The notes under the pieces were generated by a model. That model made no database searches and was not told the origin of the DNA. It saw nothing but the letters and a program-made list of their open reading frames with translations. Below, piece by piece: positions 59,111-64,000 of a DNA stretch of 64,000 bases. A program made the position numbers and the translations under genes. Origin of the DNA: Ostrea edulis (Eukaryota); assembly GCF_947568905.1 (NCBI RefSeq), contig NC_079170.1, forward strand, positions 34,100,001 through 34,164,000, in the 5' to 3' direction. How positions within the stretch are numbered: the stretch's first letter is position 1; each line of letters begins with the position of its first letter.

Positions 59111-61204
59111 CATCTTATAATATTTATATTTCAATATTGTGAAAAGCTTTGGGACATTATTTCCCATCCATATTTATTATTTCTTTACAGAAATGTATTA
59201 TTTAAGTGTGCGAAGATAAATAATAAACTTTTCCTGCTGTTCATTAACATTACAGACAAAATCCATGCAGTCAGCTTAGTGCTTCGCAGTACTTTCAGTA
59301 CTTTGATCTCTTTTAAATGTACAATTAGATTGTAATCAGAAAGTGAATACACGAAAATATGGTTTATAGTTTGTTATTCTAAAATGGAAAATCAAACTCA
59401 GTCAACCCTAAGGCAATATTTGACAACATGTACTTGGTCGTCAACGACAGATGTAGTCCGAGGTATAAAGACATGCATTATGATTGAACTTTAGAGAGAG
59501 TGGGAAAGATTGAAAATAGTTTTAGTCGATTTTTGTCTCCTTTTTGGGGTGGAGGGATCTTCTCAAGATGTATTCTTCTGTGTGTTAATCCGTTTTTTAA
59601 AGTATTTAAATTAAACGTGCTTTACCACAAAACAGAGTTGCGTATCAACTTTAAGGTAACTCCATACTCGCAGTTTTATCTGATACAAGTTTGAAAAATG
59701 TATTTATTTCCATTCATTAGAGTTAAAACTAACAAATTATCAAATAAAATACATATGTCATCACACTTTTTAAGATACGAGACGTACATAAACAGAATCA
59801 TATATCACCGTCAGAAAATTGCAATTTTCCTTAAACAGCGTTATCAAAATTTCATACAAACTGGTTATGACGATATAGTAGCATTCATAACAATTTCATG
59901 AAACTGTATCTTCACAAAAATATACGAAATGTCTGTAAAAATAAAGGAAATCTATCGCATAATAGACTTGATAAAGAAATCAATAGAAACAGAGTTATTG
60001 CCCTTGGATTCAATAATTTAAAACGTAACATTGATTATTCATTTATAACTTAGACTTTTAAAATAATTTATTTTTAACAAGATTTTTTACAATAACTATC
60101 GGAAAAGACTCCAACAAAATTTATGTTCCTATCACGCATAAATGTAAATAAATCATTGATTTTGCAAAATCTGATGACATCACAGGAGGGTGGAATTACT
60201 TTAAATGGTCTTCGATATTTTGATGGATAAATAAACTTATAGAGCAGACATTCAAGCTTTATATGTAAAAATAGGTTTTACAGTTGATCGATATTGATTT
60301 CTCCTCATTTTATCCAGGTTGTAAGGTTAGCTACAATGTGTTTACATTCGCAAAATATACAGAGCAATGACCCCTCTATATGTATCTCTACATTTACAGA
60401 AATAAATATAAACAATGTCAACTGAAATTTGTCACTTTACCTTGTTTCCGGCATTGTCATCCGATAAAAGACAAAGGGTATTTAGATCCAATTCCAAAAT
60501 CCTCTTACTAAGTACAAATACGTACTTTTCCAACTCGGAGCGACATTAATTCGGCCCCTCTGTCAAGTATTTCAAATCTATTTCAAAACTTGAGTTATAA
60601 TGCCGGAAAAAGATTTCATTAATATTATGCAATATTTCTTTTAAAGAGTTCTCTTTGGATTTAAAGGTCCTCTTTCTAACTATGAAATGCAAGCATTGCG
60701 AAATCCAAACAAAATCAACAAAGACATAGGCATATAGCATTAGAGGGATGACTTTACAATTTTCTGAAAATTGTTAACACGCATTGCATAACTGATATAG
60801 GAGTAGTTTTACTTCAGAATCCTAAATCGTGTAGGGGAGCTAATGAAGGTGTTACAATCTATATCATGCATGTTAGTTTGTCGCGACAGCAGACACCGAG
60901 AATCAAACCCAGGCTTCCGGTTGCTAAAAAGACGCCGTAATCGCTAGGTTTTTGTGACCGACATCGTGATACGTTTTAACGCAGTCCTATACCTACGTTT
61001 TCCATCCAGTATTCTTGTCACTGCTTGTTTGTTAATTAATTCTAATGAGCCACAAAAACAAACAATTGTAATGGTGAATGGGGAATTACAAACATCCGAG
61101 AAAAATTCTTTAAAAAAATCAGAAGCTAGATAGAGCAACTTACCAGAGTCAGAGTAAAACATGCTACAATTACAACTACCAAGGTTCATGCTTCAGATCA
61201 CCCT

Positions 61205-63440
61205 GTGCATATTTACATATATGTATCAAGTATGGGGGTCAACATCCTAGCAACATTTGTCAATCAAAAAACATCGGCACACAAGGGGAAGGTTTTAGTA
61301 ATTTTCGTGGACAGGGAAATTACAGATTTTCAAGGGATCAGTACCAGAACACAAGAGGAAGAGGGGGGTCTCAATTCAGAGGTCAAAAAGGGAACTTTCT
61401 AATGTATGGAAGCTTGGGACCACCCCTATAGATATAAACAATTTAGAATCATTGTTACACAGTTATCCTTTTTAAAAATATAGCTTTAGAACTTTTGCAA
61501 GGATTTAGATTTGGATTCAGATTAGGGTACAAAGGGCCAAGAATAGGGAGTGAATCAGATAATCTTACATCAGTCAAAAAACACCCTGAGAAAAAAAAAT
61601 AGATAATGAAGTGGGAAAAGGAAGGATAGGGGGGCCATATTCAATTAAACCAATATCAAATTTAAAAATATCGCCAAAAGGCATTGTATCAAACAAGGGG
61701 GAATGTGGCGATTAATTACACATCTATCTTTTCCAGAAAATAATGGTGTTAATCACTACATAGATCCCCAAGAATGTACAGTAGCTTATACATCTTTAGA
61801 TCAGGTTTTAGAAACAGTAGCTAGATTGGGAACAGGAATATTGCTGACTAAGATGGATATCAAATCGGCATTTAGATTTTGATAATCCATCCTGGTGATT
61901 TTGATTTGCTAGGTTTCAAATTTCAAGAAAATATTACATTGACAAATGTTTACCAATGGGTTGTGCAATGTCATGTAAGCTGTTTGAAAAGTTTTCAACA
62001 TTTTTACACTGGCAATTCCAGAAACAGACAGATATTGGCACGATTTATCATTATCTGGATGATTTCTTATTTATTGGAAGAGTAGGTACTCAAGAATGTT
62101 CACATTTAATGGAAGAGTTTCAGAATTTGTGCAGTTTGGTGGGTGTACCGTTAGCATATGAAAAAACAGTAGGATCATCTACACGCCTTATATTTTTAGG
62201 TTTAGAAATCAATGCGGTTGATATGATTGTAAAAATTCCTCTAGAAAAGGTAAAACAGTTGAAATCTATGCTAACAATTATTACAGTTACAAAAAGTACA
62301 AAGCATATTTGGAAGCTTCATTTTTTTCAGCAAAGGTGTGCCAGTTGCAAGAGCATTCAACAGGAGCTTTTATGATGCTACTTGTGGGGTGACAAAAGCT
62401 CATCATCATATCAAAATCACAAATGAGTTTAGGGAAGATGTTAAAACTTGGTTATTTTTTTTAGAACAGTTCAATGGTGTTAGACTCTTGCATGAGAGTG
62501 AATGGCTGAGTAATGAAAATATGAATTGTTTACAGATAGTACAGGCAATCCAGATTTGGGATGTGGTGTATACTGGGAAGGTAGATGGGTTTTCTGGCCT
62601 TGGCCGACAAAATGGGAATTAGGTATTTTTAAAGAAATGTCATTTTTGGAGCTGGTGCCCATTGTATTAGCTATTTACATATGGGGCGAAATGCACTTTA
62701 AGAACAAGAGGATCATAATGCAAATTGACAATAATGCACTGGTGTCAATTATTAACAAACAAACATCAAAATAAAAAAGAATCATGTTTTTGATAAGAAA
62801 GTTGGTCCTTATACTGTTAAAAAAAACCATAGTATTCTAGACAAAACATAAAGCAGGTACACAAAATAGTATCGCAGATGCACTGTCACGTAAACAATTT
62901 AAAACATTTCAGAAATTGGCTCCACAAGCAAACAAGATACCAGAAAAAATAGCAGTAGAATTTCAGCAGTTGATGTTAGAAATGAAGTAAACAACTTGTT
63001 ACATCTAGTAACAGCCCAAAATACTCAAGAAACATACAATCAGGGACTAAGATGCTTTGAGGATTTCCAGGATTCCCTAAACCTTAGCAAAATATGACCC
63101 CCTACGTTAGAGCAAATATTTCTATTCATAGGTTATATGTCAGTAAAACATCTTTCAGTGGCAACAGCTAGAACTTACATTTCAGCTATTTCTTACAAAC
63201 AAAAAAATTCAAAACGATAAGGATGAAACTCAAAGCTTTCTGGTTAAGAAACTCTTAGAAGGATTCAGACTGCTAATCACATCAATTATATTAGATCAAA
63301 TACTACAAAGTTTGTACTTGGTTTGTACAAACTACTATGAATACAAACTGTTTCAAGTCGCCTTTAGCATTTTTTTGGTTTCTTTAAAGTTGGAGAAATG
63401 ACAGTAAAAAACCAAAAAGATCTGGGACATGCAATTGATT
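61205..63440 (+). mobile_element. Decayed tyrosine-recombinase retrotransposon (Ngaro/DIRS group): gag remnant, RT, RNase H, YR
   Basis: RT: GRIGGPY..P, KMDIKSAF, CLPMGC..SC..FE, HYLDDFLF, EKTVG...FLG. RNase H: FTDS..GCG, FLELVPIV, DN..LV.IIN, NSIADALSR. Overlapping YR start: TARTYISAISY, KLLEGF, AFS.FF.F.KVGE. Many stops and frameshifts. Confidence 0.88.
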
Positions 63441-63443
63441 ATG

Positions 63444-63761
63444 ACTTGACTTACTTGACTTAATTCCTTCTCTCCTCGTGGAGAATAGGGCCATGAACAA
63501 GTCTTCTCCATTTACTTCTGTCCTGGGCTGATCGTGCTGCCTCTGTCCATGACCCAAAACCCAGTTCTTTCTTCTCTCTTTCTATTGTTCTTCTCCACGT
63601 TTCCTTCGGTCTTCCTCTCTTTCTTTTTCCTTCTGGTGTCCAACTAAGGGCTACATATGGGTGTGTTCTTTTATCCATCCGTAGCACATGTCCAATCCAC
63701 TGCCATCTGCGTGTTTTTATCATAGTGCTCATCTTTGCTACTCCTGCTATCTCTCTAACTG
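63444..63761 (-). mobile_element. RTE-clade LINE 3' end
   Basis: RRWQWIGHVLRM...ALSWTPEGKRKRGRPKETWRRT...AQDRSKWR* followed by an (AAGTC/AAGTAAGTC)n tail. Confidence 0.9.
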
Positions 63762-63925
63762 CAAGGTGAAGATAACGAACAGTGATCAATCTCATAACTC
63801 CTACAAGCAATACAAAATAGATTGTTGGGCAAACACGGACCCCCGGGCACACCAGAGGTGGGATCAGGTGCCTAGGAGGAGTAAGCATCCCCTGTTGACC
63901 GGTCACACCCGCCGTGAGCCCTATT
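63762..63925 (-). mobile_element. Penelope-like 3' fragment abutting the RTE 5' truncation
   Basis: High-identity reverse match to 6620-6788. Confidence 0.9.
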
Positions 63926-64000
63926 TCCTGCTACATTTGATATTTTCATTGGCCAGTAGATCTTTAAGATTTTCCTAAGACATTTGTGCTGGAAGGTATC

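Noticed and set aside
63460-63906. 148-aa ORF as a real gene
   Set aside because: Chance fusion of PLE 3' UTR and RTE C-terminus.

Overview
AT-rich eukaryotic genomic DNA, most likely from an oyster (Ostreidae; inferred from Cg170-like satellite monomers, a Helentron-type HINE, Meta-type SINEs and abundant Penelope-like 3' fragments). It is an intron- and transposon-rich innate-immunity locus. Two intact tandem 6-exon IFI44/IFI44L-like genes (TLDc + P-loop GTPase-like) lie on the + strand at 8621-19024 and 34792-51350. A 746-codon open frame on the - strand (55817-58057) encodes an unusual multi-pass membrane Ig + TIR receptor. A decayed, probably spliced - strand gene carries a herpesvirus-tegument-type deubiquitinase (peptidase C76) domain (403-1200, with candidate small exons to 6165). 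Mobile DNA: a full-length 7043-bp TTAA-flanked Kolobok-type transposon with a transposase-DEDDh exonuclease fusion gene and a terminal array of X-box-containing repeats; a 3.7-kb Academ-like element splitting a SINE; several MITEs; a CR1/L2 fragment with a 14-bp TSD; a decayed Ngaro/DIRS element; an RTE tail; about 15 Penelope-like 3' fragments; several SINEs; and one structurally complete minimal hammerhead ribozyme just downstream of the second IFI44L gene. All calls come from reading the sequence by eye; no database searches were run.
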